A stretch of DNA of 64,000 bases from Macrostomum lignano (Eukaryota). Each line of letters begins with the position of its first letter. Position 1 is the stretch's first letter. The stretch spans positions 361,902 through 425,901 of the forward strand of contig NIVC01000815.1 in assembly GCA_002269645.1 (NCBI GenBank), written 5' to 3'. Below the pieces are notes generated by a model. It did no database searches, was not told the origin of the DNA, and saw only the letters and a list, made by a program, of their open reading frames with translations. This document shows, piece by piece, positions 49,780 through 63,384 of this stretch. The position numbers were made by a program, and so were the translations under genes.

Positions 49780-52588
49780 CACCTACAGACACTGTTCTGA
49801 CAACATACGCTGATACGCAGATGAAGGTCTTTGGAACACACGACACTGAGTTGGAGTACAATGACGAGTTCATTCCAATCACATTCTTCATTGTGGAATC
49901 GCAGAGGAACTTTGTTCTGGTTGGCCGAGACAAGCTCAATTTCACGCTAAACGCTGTAGACAACAGCTGCACATCGGCAACCCAGTCATGCGAATTTCCA
50001 CCAGTAACTCTTAAGATCAAGGAAGGAACCACTCCAATTCATTGCAAACCCAGGCCGCTACCCTTCGCACTCAGACAGGGAGTCAAGGATGAAATCGATC
50101 GGTTGCTTGAAGAAGACACCATCAAGCCCGTCAAGTTCAGTGAATGGGCCTCACCAATTGTCGTGGTCAAGAAACCTTCTGGAAAGCTCAGACTTTGCGT
50201 CGACTACAAGGTGACAATCAATTCTCATCTTATCAACGATTCAAATCCGATGCCTGCACCTGACGAAGTGATTGCAACTGCTGCTGGCAGCCGGATATAC
50301 ACTCGTCTGGACCTAGAGAAAGCTTATCACCAGATCCCACTAGATGAAGCTTCCAAAGAGCTGACAGTAATGTCAACACCATTTGGGATGTTCGCTTTCA
50401 ACAAGCTTCCGTTCGGAGTGAAATCAGCACCTGCGATCTTCCAGCGGTACATTAGCCAAGTCCTACAAGGAATTCCTGGCGTCATTGCCTACGTAGACGA
50501 CATATTGATATGCGGCAAAGGCGTAGAACAATTGGCAGTTCGTGAGACGGAAGTATTGCATCGACTAAACCAGCAAGGATTGAGATCAACACGGCGAAAA
50601 GTGAATTCCGCAAGACTTCGATCAAGTTTCTAGGCTACTTATTGGAAGGAGATCAGCTCAAGCCGGACCCAGCCAAAGTGAAGGCAATCCAGGACATGAC
50701 ACCACCGCAGAACGTTGGCGAGCTTGAATCTTTCCTGGGTCTCGTAAATTTTAGCGGCAAGTTCATCAGAAACCTAGCTGCACTGACCAAGCCTCTCAAT
50801 CGACTAAGAAAGAAAAATGAGGACTTCGTGTGGACAAAGGAGTGTCAAATAGCATTTGACGAAATCAAGGTCACTCTCTCTGATCAATCGAGTCTTCAAA
50901 TATTTGATCCGGAGAAGCCCATTGAACTGGAATGCGACAGTTCTCAGCGAGCTCTGGGCGGAGTGTTGACACAAAGCGGTCAATTCGTGCTGTACATGAG
51001 CAAGACTCTGTCTGACGCCGAAACAAAATATTCGCAAATAGAGCGTGAAGGCCTGGCACTGGTTTGGTGCATTCAAAGATGCCATCGGTTCTTGTATGGC
51101 CGGAGGTTCACACTGATAACTGATCACCGGCCCCTCACATACATATTCGCGCCAGACAAACAGCTGCCCACCAGAGTTTCAGCTCGACTACAACGATGGG
51201 CAATCATGCTAGCTGCTTATGACTATGTCATACAGTATCGACCATCAAAGCTAATGCTGTCGGATGCGCTATCTCGACTGGTGCCCGCTAAGCTGAATGC
51301 ACAGACAGCATCGATCGGACTCCTCGAAGCTGACAACCCGGGAGTAATTCAGCTGGATCGCATTGCACACGCAACCAGAGAGGACCCGGAGTTCAGATGC
51401 CTGGGCGCAGCCATAATTAACAATAATCTATTTGACGACCCACACCTACTCAGCTACTCGAAGGTTCAAGATGAGCTAACTGTCAATGATGGAATTATTT
51501 ACAGAATGAACAGAATTTTATTGCCTCGTGTCCTGAGAGAAACTGCCCTGGCAGCTGTACACTCAACGCACCTTGGGGTTGAAAAGTCAAAGTCAATTTT
51601 GAGGGAACAGTTCTGGTGGCCACAGATGGACCGTGACATCGCTGACTACATTGGACGATGCAACGTGTGCAACGCGTACAAGTCCAGAAATAAGAACTTT
51701 CGGCACTCGTGGCCAGAACCTGACAACCCCTGGGAGCGAGTGCACATTGATTTTGCCGGTCCGATAGAGGGCAAGTACCTACTCATCATTGTGGATGCGC
51801 ACTCGAGCTACCCGGAAGTCTTCATCACGAGCGACATGAAGGCCGACACAGTCATTTCCAGACTTAGAAGATTGTTCTCACAACAGGGGGTGCCCAAGTG
51901 TCTCGTGTCAGACAACGGCCCTAGTTTTGTGAGCGAAGCGGTGACCGGCTGGCTCACCCAGATTGGCTGTTCGCACATCACAACGCCCGCCTACCATCCA
52001 CAGAGCAACGGCATTGCAGAGCGAATGGTGCGAACCGTCAAAGAGACAATCAAGACCAATGGTTTATCCCAAAGAAGTATTGACAGATTTCTACTGTTCT
52101 ACAGAGCTGCCAAAGGGAAGCAGCAAGCATCACCGTCCGAGTTGTTGAACGGCAGACAAATAAGACTCCCCATCTCGGAGAGCAGCACTCAGTCCAAGTG
52201 GATCCCAGAAGAATCACTCATCTACCGTGCATCGAGTTCTCATGAGCCACGAACTGTGAGATTCGCCAAAATGCTTGGCAGCAACACAGCAGTCGTCACC
52301 ACAGAGACTGGACGAAATCTAAAGACCCACCTCGATCAACTACGAATCGGTGAGGTACCTGAGGCTCACGGAACTACGGAAATGGGGGATTCCAAGCCCG
52401 GTGGCAACGGTCCAAGTGACGACGGCCAACAGACGCGTCCGTCATCGACAGACACTGAGATACTACCGGGAACAGAACAAGCTGAGAGAGCACAACAGCA
52501 ACAGACTGAGGTTGGAGTTCAATCCAAGCCGTCACCCAGGCGAAGCGAACGCTTGGCCAAGAAAACTAGAATTTTTTATCGCACCTGA
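49767..52588 (+). CDS. Retrotransposon Pol (RT, RNase H, integrase), split by a 1-nt frameshift near 50585
   Basis: RT WASPIVVVKK..LRLCVDYK, LDLEKAYHQ, LPFG..SAPAIFQ, YVDD; RNase H ECDSS..LGGVL, YSQIEREGLA, TDHRPL; integrase H-H-C-C, WERVHIDF, VSDNGPSF, SNGIAERMV. Confidence 0.92.
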
Positions 52589-53681
52589 GTGATAATTGTA
52601 CACCTACCTATAGAAGAGGGAGGGTGTTGTGGGTTGATGGCTTTTCCATAGACATTTTTGTTACGCGACTGCGTTGATGAATTGAACCATGCTATTGAGT
52701 TATGAAATAAATAATAGACGCGTCAGAGGTCAGCAGACCGCTAGACTGACAATTGCTAAAGGCTAAAAGCCAAAAGCACAACAGTTTTCTCGGACACTTT
52801 TCTTCACCAAACGGTAAAAGGTTTCGACGGATGAAGTTCCCAACGGCTGAAAGCATGTATGCCTTGTATGTAGTCAGTCCGGACTTAAGAAGCTTTGACA
52901 GTCGAATTGCAACTGACTGGCTTAAGTGCTGGGAAAAGGCGTGTGTTAAAATTGTCTCTCGCGCCGAGACTTCACACCCTGTTTCTTGTTCAAAGCCGAA
53001 TCAGGCACAGCGATGCACAGCTGATGAGATAAGGCCAGTTGTTCCGCAAACTCAACACCTCACGTCGCACCTTGTCTTACCAGATACGCGGTAGGTCAAG
53101 TTTCAAAGTGAAAGCTGGTTGCTTGAAACATTTTCTAAGCCTTTATCGGTTTGATATAAACATAATCTGTTGAATAGCATACTCATAATTACGAGCTCGT
53201 AAGCTCATTTAGTCACTGAGAACTTAATCCAGTTCACTACAACTACAATTTGAAAACGTTTTAGAAATTATGGGCAACCCTGACGAAACGCCTTCACGGC
53301 GAAATCAATCCCACAGCCAGCACCGAGGCAATTCTGGACATTTCTCTGACTCCTGAGCAAATGCAAGCGCGCCAATACTGTACACAGGCACTCGTGCATG
53401 TACACACGCTCAAACAGGATGTAAAGTGGCCCAAGGCAGACTATCAACAGTGGTACACTGACCAATCATCAAGCCATCCAATGGCAAAGAGAACATTCTT
53501 TTCAACTCTCCAATTGCAATCTCGTATTGGCCTCAGCCAATAGCATTTGGAGGACGGATTTCACATTCGTCTTTCTACTTTAGGCGTCAAACTCTACATG
53601 TGCCATATGCAATAAGCCGCCACTAATTATGCATCAAGTGCACAAAGCTTCAATAAGCCTGCTTCGTACAAGTTGCGGCAC

Positions 53682-53716
53682 TATAAATAGAAATTGCTGC
53701 TACTGGAAAAATCAGA
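53682..53716 (+). promoter_or_regulatory. Candidate TATA box plus initiator upstream of the protocadherin ATG
   Basis: TATAAATA at 53682-53689 and TCAGA at 53712-53716, 30 bp apart, just before ATG 53725. Confidence 0.45.
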
Positions 53717-53724
53717 GGACAGCA

Positions 53725-56700
53725 ATGCTTCTGCTCACTGTTGCACTTCTGCTGACTCTGTACCAGTCAGTCACAGCGGATTTGCCAGCTCTAGCAGCAG
53801 GGCGTCCGCGGGCGTCCAAGTTGGCCGCCACTCTGACCGTCTGCGAAGGCGCCTCCAGTGACGATTTTCGCGTCCAGCTGTCAGACCTGCCGCTGCCAGT
53901 CAGCGAAAGCGGCTTCGCACTGAGCCGAGGTGCTGCGACCGCGCAACCGTTTGTGATTGAGGCGGGCAGGTGGCTCACGTTGAACGGGCCGCTTGACCGA
54001 GAGGCACTGTGCGGCGCACTAGGGGGGCAGTCATCGCAATGCCAAGTTGAGTGCTGTCGGTTGCTCAGACTGGAACCAGTGGGTTTCCATCAACCTCAAT
54101 TCAGCTTAGTGAAGGTGAGTGCCAGAATCTTTCCTATTTTCAACAAAAGCGGCGAAATTAGATGCATCAGTGCGCTTATATTTGCGTTAGTGGTTGGTGA
54201 CAATGACTTGAAAGTACTGTTTACAACCTTGCAAATTACGAGCACGAGTCAGACGGCAAAGATCCCGCCCGGATTAAGGTGTTCCAGAGCCCAAGCAAGT
54301 ACAGCAGCTAAAAGTGTTGTTACTCATCGTCTCATACAATCCAGATTGTAATTTTGGACGTCAACGACAACCCGCCAGTGTTTCAAGACGGCAGCCGTCG
54401 CCGCTACGCGCTGACAGAGGACACGCCGTCGGGATTCAGCCTGTCGCTGCCGGTCGCTTTGGACGCTGACGAGCCGGGGTTGAACGGGGCGATAAGCGAG
54501 TACCGGCTGGCTGCTAAGCGGCCAGACGAGGCGCAGTTCGATCGGCATTTTCGTCTGCTGCCGCTCGAGTCTGGCGAAGTTCAACAGCCGACAGTGAAGC
54601 TGCTAGCGCCACTGGATCGAGAGGCCAATCCTGACGGTTTTGGCTTCGTCTTGGCGGCAGTGGACGGCGGAGAACCTGCGCTGACCGGCTGCCTGACGGT
54701 AACGCTGGAGGTCGTAGACGTCAATGATCGACGACCGCGGTTTGTCTGGCCAGTGCAATCTGGCTTGACCGCAATTTTAGTTAACGAGACAAGCCGCCCG
54801 GTCTTGCTGATTCGATTCGCAGTTGTGGATGAAGACCTTGGAGAGAATGGGCGAATTAGCTGTCAGATCAGGTGCGTCTGTTTTGATGGACCTTGCAAAG
54901 TCAAAGTGCCATTATAGGGTAGGTTTTAGTCTCGGTTGTAGCGTCGGACTCACTACTGAAAGGTCGTCTGGTACAGTTTGTGTCCTTAAGTGAGACACTT
55001 TACTCTGCATTGCTTCAGTTCACCCAGCTGTAAATGGGTGACAGCATTAGCTGGGGTAATTGAGGGTGTGTGTGGCGACTCCCCAGTCCTTGGGCTGAAC
55101 AGCCGTACGCAGCCTTCGGATGCGCCTCGCAACAGCTGCGAATGAGCTGTCGGTTTCCCATTCTAAATCATTTATTATATAAAAGACCTTGAACTCCTTT
55201 ACTGTGGCATACTTGGGCATCTAACCTTTTAGGCGGCATAAACAGCAGTCAGGTTAATAGTTACGCCTTGCACCCCCCCTTGAATTCGTGTTGAACAGAC
55301 CGCTGCCGGCGGCGCTGCTGGCCCGGCATCTGCTGCCCGAGCGTCACCTGGAGCTGCACCGAACTGACGGTGCAGGTTTCGGCTCCGATCTTTTATCGAA
55401 AGGCGCCTCCAACTGGAAGATCTTGGCGCCGCGAGGACTGGACTACGAGCTGACGCCGCGACTAGAGCTCCTGCTGGTGGCCAGCGACTTCGGCAGTCCG
55501 CCGCTCGACGCCACCGCCACGCTGACTGTGTCAGTTGCCAACCTAGACGACAACCCGCTGACAGTCACCATCTGGCGCGGCGGTTCCAGGCGACAGCGCG
55601 TCGACGTCCCGGAGAATCGGCCGCCCGGCCTCCAGGTGGCGACAGTGGAGGCACGGGACCTGGACTTTGCGTCGCCAGGCGAAGCCGAAGCACGCGTCCG
55701 GTGCCGCCTGGATGCGGGCGACGTAGACAACGGCTACTTCAGGTGGGACTGTAGCTATCGCGCTAAACAGCGCTAACCCAAGGTTTTCATAACACAGTAG
55801 TTTTTCTCCGATTTGGCGCGTTCAACAGTCTCCAGTAGCATTTTTTCCTGAATGAATTCCATGCACTTGTGAAGTCACCTTGGACCAAATGCTTGCTAGA
55901 TTCACAATCACGTGATAGTTGAAGGTACGGAATCGTCCAATGAGTGTTGGAAAAAAGTGGAAAAGTGGATAATTTCTATCTTGGTTGAACACGAGTAGTA
56001 GAGGATAACACAACTCTGCCACAGGGAAAGCCGCGGAAATTCCGTGGGCCCAGATCAGAAGGGCGCCTATGTGTTTGCATAGCTCAACTCTGCCGCAGGC
56101 AAAGCCATGGGAATTCCGTAGACTCCTAATGAGAGTACATAGGCGCCTCATGGAGGAATCCGCAAGTATGCACAAAGCCGAGCTAGGGGAATCTCTAGAA
56201 ATTGTGTTGAGCGATTGGCAAATATCAGCGATATTTTATTGTATTCAGTATTATACTAATACTTTATTATATAATTTTATAGGCAATAACAAACTTCTGT
56301 AAACAAAAATAGTGGTAGCCAAGCCTCTCTCCCGCTGTCTGGAAGCTGGCGGCGGCGGCGGCTTTGTTGCTGAAAGGAGAGAGTGGATCAGTTTTATTGC
56401 CACCCTCGACTGGGTGGGGTAAAGTTGGCGGCGTATGAAGATTGTCCATAGAACGTGACTGTTGCGTCTTGATACAAACGCAACTTCTAGTGGTCCTTGT
56501 TCTCGTATGCACTCTGCTCGTGCATAGCGTCGCTCTGGAGGGCATTACCCGAATAGTAGCACTATTTCTTCGAACATCAGTTTCTTCAAGTCGTGATTTC
56601 ACGAATGTCCGAAAACACCTTCATCGCGCAGACTCCAGCCAGCAGCTGCAACCCACGCACCAGGCATCGGCCCCGGCAGCGGCGGCGCCAGGGAGTTTCT

Positions 56701-59405
56701 TCTCATCACCTCGGCGACGCTCGACAGGGAGTTGATCGCCGAGCACCTGCTGCGAGTCGCCTGTTGGACTGACAGCGACGCAACGACAACGAAGTTGACA
56801 GCAACAGCAACGCTAACCGTGGCTGTCACCGACGAGAACGACTGCGCGCCGGAGTTCGCGGCGCCGGCCTACACCGGCCGCGTGGCGGAGAACTCGCCGC
56901 TGGGCCGCGCTGTCGAGCTTCATCCGCTGCCCAGACTGACAGCCGTGGACAGAGACGCCGCACCCAACAACCGTGTCGCCTATCGACTCGGCGGTAAAGA
57001 CGCTTCGGCGTTCAGCGTCGAGGAGCGCAGTGGAGAGCTGCGAGTGTCTTCAGTCTTGGACTTTGAGGAGCGCAGCAGGCCGTTCAGCTTCCGCGCTCTG
57101 GCCGTCGATCCAGCCAGCAACGCGACCGCCATCGCCGAAGCGAGCATAGTCATTAAAGTGGTCGATGCTAACGACAACGCGCCGATCATTTTGCCGGGCA
57201 GGCGGCGATTCCGTCTGGATCCGACGGCGCCAGCTGGCAGCCTCGTCGGCCAACTCGAAGCCGCCGATGCAGACGGCGATCCTCGGAACCGGCGCCTGCG
57301 CTTCAGCATTGTCCGACAGACGGGCAGCGGAGACGCGACGATGACATCGATGATAGCGCGGCGCTATTTTGAGGTTCACCCGAGCACCGGGGAGATCCGG
57401 CTGGCTGCGCCGTTCAGAGACGCCGCCTCATCTGCGGAGGCTCGCCAGTTCCGTTTCCGGGTGCGTGTCGACAATGAGCTGCCGCTGGAGCACGGCACCG
57501 GATATTCACCGGCTTCAGTTGCCGAGATTTGCATCGATGTCGGTCGGCCGTCATCGTCTCCTCCTCCGATGTTTTCAACGCCGCCGGTACCGGAGCTTCC
57601 TCCACGACTGTGCCGGCTGCCGCACGCTGTCCCCGAGCGCGGATGCGTGGAGCCGCCCGACCCTCTGCCTGTCGATCTCGTCAACGATGCGGTGGTCGAC
57701 GCGGATGGCCGGTTGGTCTGCGCAGTGCTGAGCTACGGAGTCGCGTCGCTGGCTGGCGGCAGCTTTGAGGCGACATTCGGTGAGCCACAGCCGCTTCAGC
57801 CAGACAGCTCTCACGGCGAGCTTCACTTCGAGCTGCCACCAGACAAAGGAAGTCAACGCATCTGTCTTCGGCGACTTCCTCCAAAGAGTTCCTCCGCTGC
57901 ACAGGGCGAGCTGGAGGTCAAGACTTTCCTGCTGCCGATGCGGCTGATAAATCGCGCGGTTTCTGTGGATTCCGCGGGGCGGACCTACCGGCTGCTCGTC
58001 ACGGCCGCCTTGCGGCAGCGCCGGCGGCAGCCAGCGGGGTGGGGAGCGGCGTCCGCCAGCCGAAGCGGCAGCCGCAAGCTGGTCTTCGCCGTCGCCGTTG
58101 CAACCCTGTGCGTGGGTGTCGGCGTTGTTCTGATCACAGCGATCGCCCTGACCGGCTTCGCCGTGGCTTGCGCGCGGCGGCTACGGGTGCAGCAGCAGCG
58201 CGAGGACGGAGCGGGTGAGTGCGCGAGAGCTTCTTGCTTGATGTGGCGCTTCATGAGATTCCATGGGATTATCCATTAGAATCGATGATATTCAATAAGA
58301 TTATCCATTAGAATCGATGAGATTCAATAAGATTATCCATTAGAATCGATGATATTCAATAAGATTATCCATTAGAATCGAAGAGATTCCGTGAGATTAT
58401 CAATTAGAATCGATGAGATTCAATAAGATTATCAATTAGAATCGTTGAGATTCCACGAGTTTATCCATTAGAATCAATGAGATTCCATGAGATTTTCAGT
58501 TAGAATTGATGAGATTCCATGAGATTATCAATTAGAATCGTTGAGATTCCACGAGTTTATCCATAAGAATCAATGAGATTCCATGAGGTTATCAGTTAGA
58601 ATCGATGAGATTCCATAAGATTATCAATTAGAATCGTTGAGATTCCACGAGTTTATCCATTAGAATCGATGAGATTCCATGAGATTATCAATTAGAATCG
58701 TTGAGATTCCACGAGTTTATCCATAAGAATCAATGAGATTCCATGAGATTATCAGTTAGAATCGATGAGATTCCATGAGATTATCAATTAGAATCGTTGA
58801 GATTCCACAAGTTTATCCATTAGAATCGATGAGATTCCATGAGATTATCAATTAGAATCGTTGAGATTCCACAAGTTTATCCATTAGAATCGATGAGATT
58901 CCATGAGATTATCAGTTAGAATCGTTGAGATTCCACAAGTTTATCCATTAGAATCGATGAGATTCCATGAGATTATCAGTTAGAATCGATGAGATTCCAT
59001 GATATTATCCATTAGAATCGATGAGATTGCATAAGAATCAATGACATTCCATGAGATTATCAATTAGAATCGATGAGATTCCATGAGATTATCAATTAGA
59101 ATCGTTGAGATTCCACGAGTTTATCCATAAGAATCAATGAGATTCCATGAGATTATCAGTTAGAATCGATGAGATTCCATGAGAATCATCTGATATTTTC
59201 AATGAGAATCGGAGATTACGTTAGATCATTGACTTTCATTCACCCTGTGGCGTGTTTATGCAAGAGAACTGCAATGATTTCAGAGCAACAAGCATATTAT
59301 ACTATTGGAGAACAGCCGATGGGTCACGCTGCCAGCACAGATGAATTCTCCAGCTCAGTGAACGGAACCGTGAGTGCAAAAGCTGTTCCCCACAACAGTT
59401 TGCGA
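53725..59405 (+). CDS. Protocadherin-like type I membrane protein (signal peptide, ~6 cadherin repeats, TM, cytoplasmic tail; 3' end uncertain)
   Basis: Exons 53725-54114, 54345-54871, 55299-55742, 56632-58214, then probably 59284-~59369/59405; phases 0/2/2/1 are consistent. Motifs DVNDNPPVF, LDRE, DGGEP, LDYE, DENDCAPEF, LDFE, DANDNAP; TM LVFAVAVATLCVGVGVVLITAIALTGFAVAC. Later exons (donor near 59611, acceptor 60428) are unresolved. Confidence 0.85.
58252..59185. repeat. 32-bp minisatellite (gagattccatgagattatcaattagaatcgat), protocadherin intron 4
   Basis: About 29 tandem copies starting about 40 nt after the G|GTGAGT donor at 58215. Confidence 0.95.
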
Positions 59406-59862
59406 GTAAGATAAGAAACCGCAGAGGACTAACAAGCTGTCTTAATGAGCTCAGCCGGCTTTCTTGGCTAGAAAGCAAGACTAAAAAGATTCGGCCCACT
59501 TTTGAGTAGAGGGAAAATTCGCCTGACCAACGTCTTGCTTTTTTTTAAATCAAAGCAAATCAGACAAGCCAAAGCCGGTTCGCGAAAATGCGTAATAAAA
59601 TTTGTACGACAGGTGAGCAGCAGATGCTCATTAATGCTTCGATGCTCAGTTATCAAAGCCAGAATCTGATACTCTAACGAACGAAATGGAATGTGCGGCA
59701 GTCTAACTGTTGTTTTAGCTAACAGAAAAGTAGATGGTGTACTTTATTGGCAAATACGAGTACAAGGCTAAAATATATGGTAAAACTATGTAAACTAGTG
59801 GTATAAATTAATGATTGACAGTTGCAAGACATGCTTGAAGCCAATTTCGTTATTAACAAGGA

Positions 59863-60392
59863 ATGACAGGTGAGAGGCCACTGGAAAGGACAGGTGAAAC
59901 AGGGAATGAAGAGGCGACTGGGGTACAGGTGGAACAGGGAATGAAGAGGCGACTGGAGCACAGATGGAACAGGGAATGAAGAGGCGACTGGGGCACAGGT
60001 GGAACAGGGAATGAAGAGGCCACTGAGTGACAGGTGGAACAGGGAATGAAGAGGTCACCGAAGGACAGGTGGAACAGGGAATGAAGAGGTCGCTGAAGGA
60101 CAGGTGGAACAGGGAATGAAGAGGTTACCGAAGGACAGATGGAACAGGGAATGAAGAGGTCACCGAAGAACAGATGGAACAGGGAATGAAGAGGCCACTG
60201 AGTGGCAGTTGGAACAGGGAATGAGGAAGCGACCGGGGCGCAGGTGGAACAGGGAATGAAGAAGCGACCGGGGCGCAGGTGGAACAGGGAATGAAGAAGC
60301 GAACGGGGCGCAGGTGGAACAATGAATGAGGAAGCGACCGGGGTGCAGGTGGAACAGGGAATGAGGAAGCGACCGGGGCGCAGGTGGAACAG
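59863..60392. repeat. 35-bp purine-rich minisatellite (caggtggaacagggaatgaagaggcgactggggca)
   Basis: About 15 tandem copies; followed by an acceptor-like ttctgttcccattgcag at 60428, so probably intronic in the protocadherin. Confidence 0.93.
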
Positions 60393-60810
60393 AGGACGAA
60401 AAGCTTTTAATTTCTGTTCCCATTGCAGACCAACCGAGCAGGACTGCAGTTGTCATTCAGGACACCAAACTGCCTACTAACAGAAGACTGCATTGACCAG
60501 ATGCACAGCAGCACTGTATAGCAGAAAGTGTCGCTCTAAACAGAATGAATGACAGGATGAAGATAATTATTGCGAATTTATTACTATATATTAACTGATT
60601 ATAAATATAAACTATCAGAACCCGCGCAAAGCTGGCTGTTATTACAGGTATATTGATTATTTATTAATCGCCGTTATTTTGTATTACAGAGCAGTTCAAA
60701 GCAAATCAATTACGAGTAGAAATAGTCAATAGAAGAATAAACTGCTTGCGGAGTAAAAATGCCAGGTGTCGTATTTGTAAACGCATCGTGAATAGCGGAG
60801 CCAACCGCTC

Positions 60811-63355
60811 TCACCAATCGGCCATGATAACCTCGTCCATGAACTTTTTATACACGGCCATGAACCTGGCCACGAAAGCCTCCAGATGGAAGATGGCCTT
60901 CTGGCCAAGCCGCATCCTGTGCTCGTACTCGGCGCCAAGAGTCAGCACCTCGGCCTTCAGCGTACCGTCGCATGAGCTGATCAGCTCGGTGACCAGGCAG
61001 CGCATGATGAGGTCAGGCGGGACGCAGTGGCTCAGCAGTTCGTACAGGCGAGTTCGGACAATCAGCAGGCGAGCCGGGCTCTGCTCTTCCAGCACTTTCT
61101 TGGCCGTCTCTTTCAGGTAGAGCTGCCAATCGCCCAGGCAAACTGACTGGTCCGGATCGAAGGGCTGCTGCTGGGCTCTGCAGGCCTCGGCCATTAGCAG
61201 GGCTCGACGCAGGTTGCGCTCGGACGCCTGGGCGATGCGGCGGGCCAGACTGTCCGGCAGGCTCAGGCCCTCCTTGCGGCAGGTGCCTTGCAGCACCTGA
61301 ACAATCTGTAAGGGTAGAGAGTGGGGAATCCACAGTTCTAAAAATAACCCACCTCACTTCCAGCAAATCGGCGGCTTTTATTCCACACCCACCTCACTCC
61401 CAGCCAATTAGCAACTCTCATTCCATACAAACCTCACTCTCAGCCAATCAGCGGCTTTCATTCCCCACCGAACCCACTCCCAGCCAATCAGCGGCGCTCA
61501 TTTCCCACCGTACCCACTCCCAGCCAATCAGCGGCGCTCATTCCATACAAACCTTACTCTCAGCCAATCAGCGGCTTTCATTCCCCACCGAACCCACTTC
61601 CAGCTAATCAGCGGCACTCATTACCCACCGAATCCACTCCAAGCCAATCAGTGGCGCTCATTCCATACAAACCTCACTCTCAGCCAATCAGCGGCGCTCA
61701 TTACACACCGAATCCACTCCCAGCCAATCAGCGGCGCTCGTTCCCTACCAAACCCACTCCCAGCCAATCAGCGGCGCTCATTCCCCACCGAAACCCACTC
61801 CCAGCGAATCCGTAGACCCGCAATAAAACTGACCTCATCCTCTGTAGGCGCAGATACTCTAACAGCCAAACATCGACTGCGAATGGCCTGAATAACTTTG
61901 CTAGTGCTGTTGGCGCACAGGATGAGCCGGCAGGTGGCCATGTACTTTTCCATGGTGCGGCGCAGAGCGTGCTGGGCGTCTTTTGTAAGCCGGTCGACTT
62001 CGTTTAGCACCACCACTGAAACAGAAACAGGAGAATGTGACGGCGCCTTAATTAATCCCCGTTTAATAGGAAAGAACTGTTTTTTGTCGCAAAGGATACT
62101 GCTATTTAGCAGAGGGAAAGGATCGGTGTATGTATGAATGATTCACTCCTGTTTGTCGGTAAGAGACCCCCTTGGCTGTAGGTAAGAGACACCCCTCTCT
62201 GCAGGTAACAGACACCCCTGTATGCAGGTAAGAGACACCCCTATATGCAGGTAGGAGACACCCCTGTCTGCAGGTAAGAGACACCCCTGTATGCAGGTAA
62301 GAGACACCCCTATATGCAGGTAAGAGACACCCCTTCTGCAGGTAAGAGACACCCCTGTCTGCAGGTAAGAGACACCCCTGTATGTAGGTAAGACACCCCT
62401 TCTGCAGGTAAGAGACACCCCTTCTGCAGGTAAGAGACACCCCTGTCTGCAGGTAAGAGACACCCCTTCTGCAGGTAAGAGACACCCCTTCTGCAGGTAA
62501 GAGACACCCCTTCTGCAGGTAAGAGACACCCCTTCTGCAGGTAAGAGACACACCTTCTGCAGGTAAGAGACACCCCTTCTGCAGGTAAGAGACACACCTT
62601 CTGCAGGTAAGAGACACCCCTGTATGCAGGTAACAGACACCCCTTCTGCAGGTAAGAGACACCCCTGTATGCAGGTAACAGACACCCCTATATGCAGGTA
62701 AGAGACACCCCTATATGCAGGTAAGAGACACCCCTGTATGTAGGTAAGAGACACCCCTATATGCAGGTAAGAGACACCCCTGTATGTAGGTAAGACACCC
62801 CTTCTGCAGGTAAGAGACACCCCTGTCTGCAGGTAAGAGACACCCCTGTCTGCAGGTAGGAGACACCCCTGTATGCAGGAAAAGGAGCCAGTATAACCGG
62901 TAATCTATAAAGAGATATTGCTACCAACAATCAAATCAGCTGCCCAAATACACAGCAAAATCACCTTTAAACTCGCGCTGCTGACTGGCATCCAGCTGAT
63001 TAACCGAGGCCACCTGTTTAATCAACTCCATGACAACAACCCGATCGTAGATGCCGGCATCGCCCGGACTGACCTCCAGATGAAAATTCGACGAAACAGT
63101 TTCAATTTCAACTTTCCGTTTCGACGGCGCGGTGAAGCTCTGCTGCTCCAACCGGAGCCGCTCAACGCCGGCTCCGTACAGCTCCCGCAGTAGCGCGTGA
63201 ATGCGAGTCTTCTTGCCCGCCCCAGGGGGCCCGTACACCAGCAGATGGGGGAAGTCGCCAGACTCCACCAGGGCTCGAAGGCGGTCGGCTTGATCAGTGT
63301 GATAGTCTAGCTTGTCCAGCCGCTTGGGCCTGTACTTGTCTACCCAGAGACTCAT
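60811..63355 (-). CDS. RFC3: Replication factor C subunit 3 (RFC3/RFC38), 355 aa
   Basis: Exons 63355-62965, 62015-61834, 61305-60811 (1068 nt). [72 protein letters not shown] are diagnostic. Confidence 0.96.
61345..61805. repeat. 40-bp minisatellite (cagccaatcagcggcgctcattccccaccgaacccactcc), RFC3 intron 2
   Basis: About 11 tandem copies fill nearly the whole intron. Confidence 0.93.
62160..62880. repeat. 22/23-bp minisatellite (ctgcaggtaagagacacccctt), RFC3 intron 1
   Basis: About 32 tandem copies. Confidence 0.95.
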
Positions 63356-63384
63356 TGTGACTGGTCAGATCTGAGGGGTGGCGC

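Larger units (their letters stand above)
48444..52783 (+). mobile_element. Full-length Ty3/Gypsy LTR retrotransposon (Mag-like, 4340 bp)
   Basis: 159-bp TG..CA LTRs at 48444-48602 and 52625-52783 with 1 mismatch seen; 5-bp TSD GTTTT; PBS-like TGGCG just after the 5' LTR; polypurine tract agaagagggaggg at 52612-52624; domain order gag-PR-RT-RH-IN. Confidence 0.96.
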
